This document shows, in pieces, positions 9,838 to 18,757 of a stretch of DNA of 64,000 nt. The position numbers were made by a program, and so were the translations under genes. The stretch is from an uncultured virus (IMG/VR IMGVR_UViG_3300010885_079087) (taxonomy: Duplodnaviria > Heunggongvirae > Uroviricota > Caudoviricetes), in the IMG/VR virus record IMGVR_UViG_3300010885_079087, one strand, 5' to 3'. Position 1 is the first letter of the stretch. Every line of letters starts with the position of its first letter. Under the pieces are notes generated by a model. It had not been told where the DNA came from, did no database searches, and saw only the letters and a list, made by a program, of their open reading frames with translations.

Positions 9838-10110
9838 ATGGATGAACCAAAATATATTTGCAGTGTTGGAATGGAAGTACACGCTGAACTTGGCGCAACA
9901 CAATTAATTGATGTAAATTCAATAAGCGATTTAACTAAAGAAGTTTTGTCATCACACAAAGATGTTGTAACAAAATATCTAAACGGTCAAGTGTCAGTGA
10001 AAGGATTTTTAGTAGGGCAAATCATGAAAGCAAGTAAAGGTCGAGCAAACCCAAGCATTGTTAATTCAACTTTAGATGCAATTTTGAATGAATTTAAAAA
10101 CTCAAATTAA
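9838..10110 (+). CDS. Mini-GatB: GatB N-terminal motif joined to the GatB/YqeY C-terminal domain
   Basis: VGMEVHAEL and GFLVGQIMKASKGRANPSIVN match the two termini of GatB. Confidence 0.75.
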   Translation: MDEPKYICSVGMEVHAELGATQLIDVNSISDLTKEVLSSHKDVVTKYLNGQVSVKGFLVGQIMKASKGRANPSIVNSTLDAILNEFKNSN

Positions 10111-10150
10111 CTTCAACCAAAGATGGAAATAAAACGTATATCATTTATAT

Positions 10151-13100
10151 ATGTGTAATAAAGATTTCGTACACCTGCATTGCCACACTTTTTATTCGGT
10201 GCAGGATGCTTTAGCAAGCCCTGAAAAATTAGTTTTAAGTGCCAAGGCTCAGGGTTTTTCTGCAATCGCTATTACCGATCATGGTAAAATGGCTGGGCAT
10301 TTTGAATTTGCTGAAACTGCTCATAAAAATAAAATAAAACCAATCCTTGGCTGTGAATTTTACTTAGCAAAAGATAGATTAGACAAAAGCACCTCTGATG
10401 AAAATGGCAATAAAAAAGGCAGGGAAAAACTTTCGCACCTCACTGTTTTATCGCAAAATGAAATAGGTTATAAGAATATTTTGCAACTTGGATACGAAGC
10501 TGCAAATCCTGCCTGCTATTACTATAAACCAAGAATTGATTTTGATTATTTATCAAAACATAATGAAGGATTAATTGTGTTATCAGGTTGTTTAGCTTCT
10601 GAAATCAATCAAGCCTTAATTCAGGATAGATACGAAGATGCAGTAAAGGTAGCAGAAAAGTACAAAGAAGTGTTTGGTGAAAGATATTTCATAGAATTAC
10701 AGTATCATGGAATTGAAGAACAAAAAAAGATTTTACCTACATTAATTAAAATTGCTAAAGACCTTGACATTAAAACCGTAGCATCAAATGATGTGCATTA
10801 TGTTGAGGCTGTTGATTGGAAATTGCATGACGTATTACTTCAAATGAAAGATTTGCGTGATGACAAGTCAAGTAAAAAATCAGGCACCAGGGAAGCCTAT
10901 TCTACACATCAATTTTGGCTAAAGTCATATGAGGAAATGAATAAAATTTTTGGACACAAAGTTCCTGAATCGCTTTCTAACACAAAACTTATTGAGGAAA
11001 TGGTAGAAGATTATTATCAAGTAGACGTGCCTCACATGTTGCCTGCAGGAACAGTAGATAGTGAAAATGAAAAGTTTCAAACTTTTTGGAAATCAAAGCT
11101 TTCACATCATGAGCAGAAAGAAGCCTTTTTGGCGTTTGAGGCTTTTGAGGGTCTAAAAAAATTGGGTTTAGCTAAAAATCCAGAGTATGTTAAAAGACTT
11201 AAATATGAAGTGGAAACAATTTGGCACATGGGTGTTACTGATTACTTTTTGATACAAAAAGAGATGACTGACTTCATGAAAGCTAATGGAATTTATTATG
11301 GAATTAGAGGAAGTGGCGTAGGTTCGTTACTTAACTATTGTCTAGGTATTTCGCATGCTGACCCAGTAAAATTCAACTTGCTGTTTGAAAGATTTTTGAA
11401 TCCTGGTAGAGGCAATCAATATAAGATTGATTTTGGGGAAATTTCTTTACCAGAAAACGAAACATATGATGATAAAAAGTGTTTGAATGACATTAAGGCA
11501 AAGTGTAGCGAATTTCTTAAAATTCCTGGTAACTCTAAATATGAATCTAGAATTAGTAGAGAAATTTGGATTTTAGAAAACCAAAAAATGATCAAGTTGA
11601 TGCAGTATGCTCTTGATACTGGTTATAAACTTAAAAGTAATCCAACAAATTTTTGTACGTTTTGTGTACTTGGATTTATTGATGAAATGCCTGCTGGTGA
11701 TTTAATAATCAGTAAAGTAGCCGGACTGCCTGACATTGATACTGACATTGATGATTCAAGAAGGCAAGAGGTAATTGAGTGGGCTAGACAACGATTTGGC
11801 GAAGAACAAGTGAAAGCAGTGGGCACATGGGGAACATATAAGCCTAAAGCCGCTATGACTGGCACTTTGAAGACCTCCGACAAGTTCAAGCAACAATTTG
11901 GCTCAGACTTGGCTCAGGCTGTATTTAGGATTACCAAAACTATATCTTCAAAGCCTGGTATTACTATCGAGGAAGCTATAAAAATGCCTCCACCATTTAA
12001 ATACGGATATGAATCACGACCTGAAGATAGTTTTGCGTATTGGGCTAGAAAATATCCATTAGAAACTAAGTATGCAGAAAAGCTCAATGGCACTGTTCAG
12101 TTTTTAGGGGTGCATGCGGCGGCGATTGTTGTTTCTAGCAAACCAATTCATGAAACTGTTCCTATAGACAACGCAAAACAGACTTTTGTTACCGCTTTTG
12201 ACATGAAGAATGTTGAAAGAAGAGGAATTATCAAATTTGACTTACTTGGGCTAAAAACATATAGACAAATTGCCTTAGCTGTCAAAATGATTGAAGAAAG
12301 ACACGGAATTAAGCTAGATTTAAATAAGTTATCTCACGATGACCCTAAGGTTTATAATAACATCTTTAAAAATGGTCACACTGTTGGAATCTTCCAGTTT
12401 AGTGGCGATGGAATGCAACAAGCTCTTAAAGATGTAAAAGCGTCTACAATAGATGATTTGATTGCTGTGGCGGCATTGTACAGACCTGGCCCTATGGGAT
12501 ATATTAAAAATTACGCTAAGGGTAAATTTAATCCTAAAACAATTTCTTATGCTCACCCAATTATCGAAAAACATCTATCTAGCACCTATGGAATCATGGT
12601 TTATCAGGAGCAAGCGATGTTTTTGTCCAGAGAAATGGCTAATTCTGACTGGTTAGAAACAGAAAAACTCAGAAAAGGAATTGCTAAAAAGTCTGGGGAG
12701 CAATTTGAACAAGCATGTGATAATTTTGCTAGCAAGTCTTTAGCTAGGTTAATACCACAAAATGCAGTGGCTCAGGTTTTAGATTTGATGAAAGAATTTG
12801 GAGGATATGCTTTCAATAAATCTCATAGCTGTATGTATGCTATTGTTGGATACCAAACAGCATACCTTAAAAACTATTATCCTGCTGAATGGATGGCTGC
12901 TTGTATTGAAACAGATAAAGATCAAGAGTCTTCTATTGAAGAGTACAAAAAAGAGTGTGCTAGGCTTGGAGTAAAAATTCTAGAACCAAATGTAAATGAA
13001 TCAGGTTTAACAACCACTGTCTCTAAAGATGGGATAATATATGCGCCTATAACCTCTGTCAAGGGTGTAGGTGAAAGCGGAAGTTCGATTACATTGAACA

Positions 13101-13396
13101 AGCCTTACGATAATCTCGAAGATTTTATCGAAAGATCAGGTTGCAAAAAATCGCTTTACACTGCTCTTGCTGCTTCGGGCGCTTTAAATTGCTTAATAAA
13201 AGATGAAGAAGATTTAGATGAAACCTATTTTATAGATTTTTGGATTGAGTATGCTGAAAAAAAGAAAAAGCTAAAGAAACAATCTTCAAAATCTAGCGTA
13301 AATAATAATAGCCTTAGTTTATTTGAGCTAAAAGATTTATCTAAAGCTAGAGAATCGCAAAACTCAGATATACTTTCAATGCTTGAAGACTTTTAA
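10151..13396 (+). CDS. dnaE: DNA polymerase III alpha subunit (DnaE type)
   Basis: PHP HLHCHT, AITDHG, RGSGVGS, FERFLNP, PDIDTD, GVHAAA, KFDLLGL, YAFNKSH. Confidence 0.97.
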   Translation: MCNKDFVHLHCHTFYSVQDALASPEKLVLSAKAQGFSAIAITDHGKMAGHFEFAETAHKNKIKPILGCEFYLAKDRLDKSTSDENGNKKGREKLSHLTVLSQNEIGYKNILQLGYEAANPACYYYKPRIDFDYLSKHNEGLIVLSGCLASEINQALIQDRYEDAVKVAEKYKEVFGERYFIELQYHGIEEQKKILPTLIKIAKDLDIKTVASNDVHYVEAVDWKLHDVLLQMKDLRDDKSSKKSGTREAYSTHQFWLKSYEEMNKIFGHKVPESLSNTKLIEEMVEDYYQVDVPHMLPAGTVDSENEKFQTFWKSKLSHHEQKEAFLAFEAFEGLKKLGLAKNPEYVKRLKYEVETIWHMGVTDYFLIQKEMTDFMKANGIYYGIRGSGVGSLLNYCLGISHADPVKFNLLFERFLNPGRGNQYKIDFGEISLPENETYDDKKCLNDIKAKCSEFLKIPGNSKYESRISREIWILENQKMIKLMQYALDTGYKLKSNPTNFCTFCVLGFIDEMPAGDLIISKVAGLPDIDTDIDDSRRQEVIEWARQRFGEEQVKAVGTWGTYKPKAAMTGTLKTSDKFKQQFGSDLAQAVFRITKTISSKPGITIEEAIKMPPPFKYGYESRPEDSFAYWARKYPLETKYAEKLNGTVQFLGVHAAAIVVSSKPIHETVPIDNAKQTFVTAFDMKNVERRGIIKFDLLGLKTYRQIALAVKMIEERHGIKLDLNKLSHDDPKVYNNIFKNGHTVGIFQFSGDGMQQALKDVKASTIDDLIAVAALYRPGPMGYIKNYAKGKFNPKTISYAHPIIEKHLSSTYGIMVYQEQAMFLSREMANSDWLETEKLRKGIAKKSGEQFEQACDNFASKSLARLIPQNAVAQVLDLMKEFGGYAFNKSHSCMYAIVGYQTAYLKNYYPAEWMAACIETDKDQESSIEEYKKECARLGVKILEPNVNESGLTTTVSKDGIIYAPITSVKGVGESGSSITLNKPYDNLEDFIERSGCKKSLYTALAASGALNCLIKDEEDLDETYFIDFWIEYAEKKKKLKKQSSKSSVNNNSLSLFELKDLSKARESQNSDILSMLEDF

Positions 13397-13422
13397 TCTT
13401 CAGTAAGGCAAAGAGATTACAC

Positions 13423-14001
13423 ATGGATCAAAAAGAATTTATAGATCAACTCATTAACTGGGAAAAGTTTGATGCTTTTGCAAATGCTTCTGAAAGAATG
13501 AATGGTGTTACAAATGACATCGTTCTTCTTGAAGTGGAACTGTGGCAAAAGCAGCTTGAGCTTCTAACTCCCCTTGACCACAAAATGATAAGAGCTGAAA
13601 TTGATAGTTGGGATATTGGTATTCCGTCGCAAGACGAACTCAATTTTAAGAATGTAGCACAGACCTACTCTAAGTTAGTTAACTACAAAATTAGAATTAG
13701 CGCTTGGCTGTCAGATGCTAAAGCATGGAAGGATGTATGCGATTCCGCTGTCAGATATATTGAAGAGTTAGCTATGGGTGCCTTTAGTGGCTCTGTTGCT
13801 GAAAAGAAATCAAATGCGCTTTTGGTTGTTCAACCATTTGTTCATTTGAAAGTAGAAACTTCACGTTTAGAAAATTATCTAGACAAACTTCATTCCACAA
13901 TTGTTTTTTCTGCACAACAACTTGACTTGCTTTTGAAAGAAAGACAGTCAAGAGCAAAGCTTAATTTAAAGCTACAAAACGCAGGAGATGGACAAGATTA
14001 A
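13423..14001 (+). CDS. Helical protein, possibly a UvsY-like recombination mediator
   Basis: Alpha-helical; sits just before SSB and RecA (function inferred from context). Confidence 0.35.
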   Translation: MDQKEFIDQLINWEKFDAFANASERMNGVTNDIVLLEVELWQKQLELLTPLDHKMIRAEIDSWDIGIPSQDELNFKNVAQTYSKLVNYKIRISAWLSDAKAWKDVCDSAVRYIEELAMGAFSGSVAEKKSNALLVVQPFVHLKVETSRLENYLDKLHSTIVFSAQQLDLLLKERQSRAKLNLKLQNAGDGQD

Positions 14002-14003
14002 GC

Positions 14004-14032
14004 AGGTTTTTCATGCTAAAATCAAGAAAAAT
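14004..14032 (+). promoter_or_regulatory. SigH-like promoter upstream of SSB
   Basis: AGGT-N18-GAAAAAT. Confidence 0.5.
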
Positions 14033-14079
14033 AAAAAGAACAACGATCCCATATGGGAAATTTTTAAGGAAAAAAAACA

Positions 14080-14982
14080 ATGATTAGAACAACCATAAAA
14101 CTAAAACAAGAACAAAACGAACCAAAAAATAACCGAAACCTACCAACCCTAAAAGAAATCCTTGTAAACACTTCAGTTTACAAAGGTGAACCAAAAGAAA
14201 TCACTCGAACACTTCGGCTTGTCGGAGAATCGGTGATCTTTTACGAAGTGCAGCCCAAGAAATGGAACGATGAAGAAAAAAAATGGAAAGAGCACGAATT
14301 TCCTGATGCAGAATTGACTAAGGCTCCTACACGAATTGGAGCGGACGATAAAGCAAGTTGTCCTTGGGCAAAAATGGGTTTTCAGCGTGTCAAAAAGTAT
14401 GCACAAAGATGTTTTGAGCAACAAGAAGATAAAACCTGGGTGCATAAAATCTTAGTAAAAGGAACTACAGTCTTTCAACCATTAATTGTTTGGGAGGAAG
14501 GACGAAGAGAAGAGAGTGGTGATGACCCTAGTATTTCTTGTTTCCTTGGTGGTGATAAAGCCCCTCTTGTTAGAGTTAAGGCAAAGCACAACCCTGATGT
14601 TGTTGGAAAAACAGAATATATTGTTACAGTAGGCTCAGCTGAACATCAACTTACTGAGGAGATGATTAACATGATGAAGGCTATTTATTGTCCTTCTGCG
14701 GATGAATTAGCAGTGTTAAGAGAGGAGCACAATCAACTCATGGAAGAGAACTCAGAAATGCCAGAGTGGAGAGATTACTTTGCTTATGGACATAATCTTG
14801 CAAAGATTTATAAGTTTACTCCAGTAAAGACAGAATCAAATCAAGTACTAAAAACAGAGAACGAGAGACCTGTAGCAAATAAGCCTGCTCAAGTTTCAGC
14901 TGACGATGATTTTGAAATTGATGAAACAGTATCACAAGTTGATGATGTTGATTCTGGCGATGACGAGTTGGACAACTGGTAA
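14080..14982 (+). CDS. Putative single-stranded DNA-binding protein (gp32-like)
   Basis: Beta-rich core, strongly acidic tail ending DDELDNW, directly upstream of RecA. Confidence 0.65.
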   Translation: MIRTTIKLKQEQNEPKNNRNLPTLKEILVNTSVYKGEPKEITRTLRLVGESVIFYEVQPKKWNDEEKKWKEHEFPDAELTKAPTRIGADDKASCPWAKMGFQRVKKYAQRCFEQQEDKTWVHKILVKGTTVFQPLIVWEEGRREESGDDPSISCFLGGDKAPLVRVKAKHNPDVVGKTEYIVTVGSAEHQLTEEMINMMKAIYCPSADELAVLREEHNQLMEENSEMPEWRDYFAYGHNLAKIYKFTPVKTESNQVLKTENERPVANKPAQVSADDDFEIDETVSQVDDVDSGDDELDNW

Positions 14983-14990
14983 GGAGAAAC

Positions 14991-16193
14991 ATGGCTAAAA
15001 CTCCAGTTTTAAGCTCAGAAGAAAGGAAGAAGCTTCTTGATGCTAAATTAAAATCTAAAGGGCGTTTGCACAACAGAATTACTGGGGAAGGATTCGACAC
15101 TAAAAATGTCGAATTCATGCCCCTAGATAGCATTCCGGAAATAGCTTCAGCTTTGGGTGATCTTCCGGGATTTGCTAGAGGCAATCTTATTGAATTTATT
15201 GGAGATAGTGGTTCAGGGAAAACCTATGTTGCTCTCAAAACAGGTGCAAGTTGTCAAAAAACTAGTAAACTGAAAGTTGCTTTCTTTAATGTAGAAAATG
15301 CATTCTATGAAAAACGAGCAAATCAAGTGGGGCTTATTACAAGAGACCCTGAATTGTTTGAATTGTGGGACAGTTTTGGCTCTGCAGAAGAAGTGTGCGA
15401 TACGGTTACTGATTTGATTGAATCAGAGCTTTATGGTCTCATTATTGTTGATTCAATATCAGCTTTAATTCCGCAGGCAGAACTTGATAAAGGTTTTACA
15501 GATTCTGAAACAATTGCTCTGCATGCCAGACTTGTTGGACGTTTGGCTAAGAAACTTTGCAATCTCACATCCAAACACAAAACTTCTGTTATTCTGATTA
15601 ACCAATTCAGAATGGGTAATTCAGGAATGATGTTTACTAAAAAACCTATGGGTGGTGAAGGCTTAGTATATTACGATCACTATAGGTTGATTTTTAAGAA
15701 GCTCACAGATGCAAAAGGCAAAATCTACAATGAGGCTAAGGAACTAATTGGCGGTAAAACTCATGTTACAATTAAGAAAAACAGATATGGGCCTCCAGAA
15801 GTGGAAACCATTTTCCCTGTTTACTTTACAGAAGAGGATGTCAATCCAATTGTCAATTTTGTTATGGTTGCTAAAGCTAAATACACAGAACTGATTAAAG
15901 AAGTGGGGCCAAGAAACAACAAAGTTCTTCAGTACATTACTGAAGATGGAGAAGTAATTGAGCACACTGATCCAAAAGAGTTCATTAAAAAGCTGCATGA
16001 AATTCCTTACACTCCAAAAAGAAAGCAACCTAATGCACCTACTACTGTATTTGAATACATTTGTAAACAAATCAAGTTGAATCAAAATCAAATTGAAGAG
16101 TTACTGCAATTGGCAAATTCAGATGAAGTGATTAAAATTGCACGAGACGAAGAAGTTGCAGAAGATTTTTATTCTTATGAAGAATCAAATTGA
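14991..16193 (+). CDS. recA: RecA/UvsX recombinase with C-terminal extension
   Basis: GDSGSGKT, IVDSISAL, INQFR, GGEGL.YY, KKNR motifs. Confidence 0.92.
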   Translation: MAKTPVLSSEERKKLLDAKLKSKGRLHNRITGEGFDTKNVEFMPLDSIPEIASALGDLPGFARGNLIEFIGDSGSGKTYVALKTGASCQKTSKLKVAFFNVENAFYEKRANQVGLITRDPELFELWDSFGSAEEVCDTVTDLIESELYGLIIVDSISALIPQAELDKGFTDSETIALHARLVGRLAKKLCNLTSKHKTSVILINQFRMGNSGMMFTKKPMGGEGLVYYDHYRLIFKKLTDAKGKIYNEAKELIGGKTHVTIKKNRYGPPEVETIFPVYFTEEDVNPIVNFVMVAKAKYTELIKEVGPRNNKVLQYITEDGEVIEHTDPKEFIKKLHEIPYTPKRKQPNAPTTVFEYICKQIKLNQNQIEELLQLANSDEVIKIARDEEVAEDFYSYEESN

Positions 16194-16902
16194 GCAATTT
16201 CAACGTGAACTTTCTCTCTCTCCTTATGCCCAACAAGCTATAGGGGAGAGAAATTTTTCTCAAGATACTATTCAAACTTTTCAAATTGGGTTTTGTCCTG
16301 CATTTGAAGGGTTTGAATTTGATTTACTAAATGGAAGAGTTGTCCTCCCTTTACATGATGCATACAACGAAGTGATTGCGTTTGCTGGCAGAAGAATCGA
16401 CCATTACAGCATTCAGGTCAAAGATTACTATAAACACAAAACAAATTCTTTACAAGGATTAGAGAAGTACTCAAAATGGAAATCATCAAAGTGGATAAAC
16501 ACTCCATATACAAAATCTTCACATTTATTTAATTTGAATAGAGCTAAAAAACACATTTATGAAATAGGCTATTGCATATTAGTTGAAGGTTATTACGATG
16601 TAATGAGGCTACATGAATTAGGTTTTCCTAATACATTAGCTTTGTGTGGCACTAGTATTTCAGAAACACAATGCAATCTTATATCAAGATATTGCAATAA
16701 GGTTTTAATTATGTTAGATGGAGATGATGCTGGACAAATGGCGGCTGAAAAAAACTCAATAAAAACAAGGCAAAATAATTTGTTTACAAATATTGCAAAA
16801 TTGCCTTTACATTTTGATCCTGACAATTTAGATCAAAATACTTTAAAATTAATTCACCATGAATTAACAATCTCGGATAAGGAACTGTATATAAAATTAT
16901 GA
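16177..16902 (+). CDS. dnaG: DnaG primase catalytic/TOPRIM domain lacking the Zn-binding domain
   Basis: FAGR, KWINTP, LVEGYYDV, LCGT, LDGDDAG, DPD; ATG 16177 preferred over TTG 16138. Confidence 0.9.
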   Translation: MKNQIEQFQRELSLSPYAQQAIGERNFSQDTIQTFQIGFCPAFEGFEFDLLNGRVVLPLHDAYNEVIAFAGRRIDHYSIQVKDYYKHKTNSLQGLEKYSKWKSSKWINTPYTKSSHLFNLNRAKKHIYEIGYCILVEGYYDVMRLHELGFPNTLALCGTSISETQCNLISRYCNKVLIMLDGDDAGQMAAEKNSIKTRQNNLFTNIAKLPLHFDPDNLDQNTLKLIHHELTISDKELYIKL

Positions 16903-18641
16903 AAGAAACTGAATGGATTTTGAAAAAATGTGATAGACAACTCAGCGAGGAATTGGCTGAAGAGTTAGAACTGCCCCTTCCTGTTGCTAAAATTTTAGTG
17001 GGCAGAGATATTCTTAATGCTAAACAAGCATTAGAATTCATCGAAAAACCAACTAAGCTTTTACGAAGCCCTAAAAAATTACCAGACATTGATAAAGCTG
17101 TTGAACGACTTAAGAAAGCTATAGAAAACAAAGAGAAGATTTTTGTTTGGGGAGATTATGATGTAGATGGAATCACTTCTACAGCTATTGTTGCCACATG
17201 CTTAAAAATTTTTAATGCAAATTTTATCTACAAAGTGCCAAGTAGATTTGCTGATGGATACGATATTAAAAGACACTCTGTAGACGAGTGTATTAAAGAA
17301 AAATGCAGTTTATTAATGAGTGTTGATTGTGGAATTGTTGCATTTGATACAGCAGAGTACGCTAAGACACAAAACATAGATATCATCATTACTGATCACC
17401 ATTCTGCATCTGAAGATGGAAGAATCCCTGATTGTGTGGCTGTAGTAAATCCTTCGAGAAAAGATTCAGAATATGGTTTTTCAGGTTTGTGTGGAGCATC
17501 TGTTGCTTTCAAGCTGATGACACAGCTAGGTAGAGCTTTAGGGGCAGATATTGACAAAATTGTTGCTGAAAATCTAGAGCTAGTGGCACTGGGAACTGTT
17601 GCTGACGTGGCACCTATGATTGATGAAAACAGAGTATTGGTCGCAAAAGGATGTGAATTATTAAGTCGTTCGAAGAAACCTGGCATTCAAGAACTACTCA
17701 AGATAATTGGCGTGAAAGAAGTGGACACAACAGCAATTGGGTTTGGCATAGGCCCACGATTAAATGCTATTGGAAGATTAGCTGATCCTATGATTGTTGT
17801 TGAGCTTTTGCTTGAAAAGAACACTCAAAGAGCTAAGTTTTTAGCACAACAAACTGATGCGGCAAACAAAAGACGCCAACTTAAACAAGAACATATGCTG
17901 GAAGAAGCTATTTCAATAGTTAAAGAACAAAAACTCGATGAAATGCCCCTGATAGTGTGCTGGGCTAAATCATGGCACTCTGGATTAATAGGCTTAATCG
18001 CAGGTAAACTTGCAGAAAAATATCAAAGACCAGCTATAGTTTTAGCTCTGGGAGAAGATGGTAAAGCTAAAGGCTCCTGTAGATCCACCAGAACTGTTAA
18101 TATTCTTAATATTTTGAAGCATAAAGATGCCTTGCAGTTTTACAGCAAAAAACTAGACGGCTCTCCAATTGTTGGTGGACATGCTTTTGCTGCTGGAATG
18201 GAGGTGCCTGAAGCCAATTTATTGAATTTCAGGGAGCAACTTTGTAAAATTATTACAGAACTTAATCCAGAATTTGCTCCAGGAAAAATAATTTACATAG
18301 CAGACTCAAGAATTGTTGCTGGTGAAATTGATGAAAAGGTTTATGAATCACTTCAGGGTTTAGCTCCATTTGGCTCAGGTCATCCTGAACCAGTATTTTG
18401 GGTTAAAAGCCTCAAAGTAAAAGAGCAAAAATACTTATCAAATGGAAAACACTTAAAGTTGACGCTGGAGAGCGACAAGTTTAGAGCCAAGAAATTATTT
18501 GGCTTATTATGGCACAAAGCATCAGATTACTCTGAAGATTACACAGATAAAAATATTGATATTTTATTCTCATTTGGAAAAGAATCACAAAACTATATGT
18601 CTAAATTTTACTTAAATATTTTAGATTTCAAAATTTCTTGA
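16899..18641 (+). CDS. recJ: RecJ ssDNA exonuclease
   Basis: GDYDVDG, VDCG, TDHH, GTVADV, PRLNAIGR, GGHAFAAG. Confidence 0.96.
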   Translation: MKETEWILKKCDRQLSEELAEELELPLPVAKILVGRDILNAKQALEFIEKPTKLLRSPKKLPDIDKAVERLKKAIENKEKIFVWGDYDVDGITSTAIVATCLKIFNANFIYKVPSRFADGYDIKRHSVDECIKEKCSLLMSVDCGIVAFDTAEYAKTQNIDIIITDHHSASEDGRIPDCVAVVNPSRKDSEYGFSGLCGASVAFKLMTQLGRALGADIDKIVAENLELVALGTVADVAPMIDENRVLVAKGCELLSRSKKPGIQELLKIIGVKEVDTTAIGFGIGPRLNAIGRLADPMIVVELLLEKNTQRAKFLAQQTDAANKRRQLKQEHMLEEAISIVKEQKLDEMPLIVCWAKSWHSGLIGLIAGKLAEKYQRPAIVLALGEDGKAKGSCRSTRTVNILNILKHKDALQFYSKKLDGSPIVGGHAFAAGMEVPEANLLNFREQLCKIITELNPEFAPGKIIYIADSRIVAGEIDEKVYESLQGLAPFGSGHPEPVFWVKSLKVKEQKYLSNGKHLKLTLESDKFRAKKLFGLLWHKASDYSEDYTDKNIDILFSFGKESQNYMSKFYLNILDFKIS

Positions 18642-18693
18642 AATTTCAATTTTTTTTGAAATAACAAGATTATATTGAGCGTATATAATCATA

Positions 18694-18753
18694 AGGGCTG
18701 CTCTTGGTTAGCAGTCCTGGCTTGTGCTGTGCAAACAGTAAGCAAGCCAGGAG
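18694..18753 (+). promoter_or_regulatory. Two overlapping RNA hairpins in a 5' leader; the second occludes the SD
   Basis: agggctgct/agcagtcct and cctggcttg/caagccagg with inner tgctgt-GCAA-acagta; SD AGGAG at 18749-18753. Confidence 0.65.
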
Positions 18754-18757
18754 ATGA

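Noticed and set aside
11411..11725. Intein or intron in dnaE
   Set aside because: Frame is open, with no N-terminal C/S block, no HN-C/S/T end and no homing endonuclease motif
18694..18751. tRNA gene
   Set aside because: Two hairpins only; no cloverleaf, T-loop GTTC or CCA end
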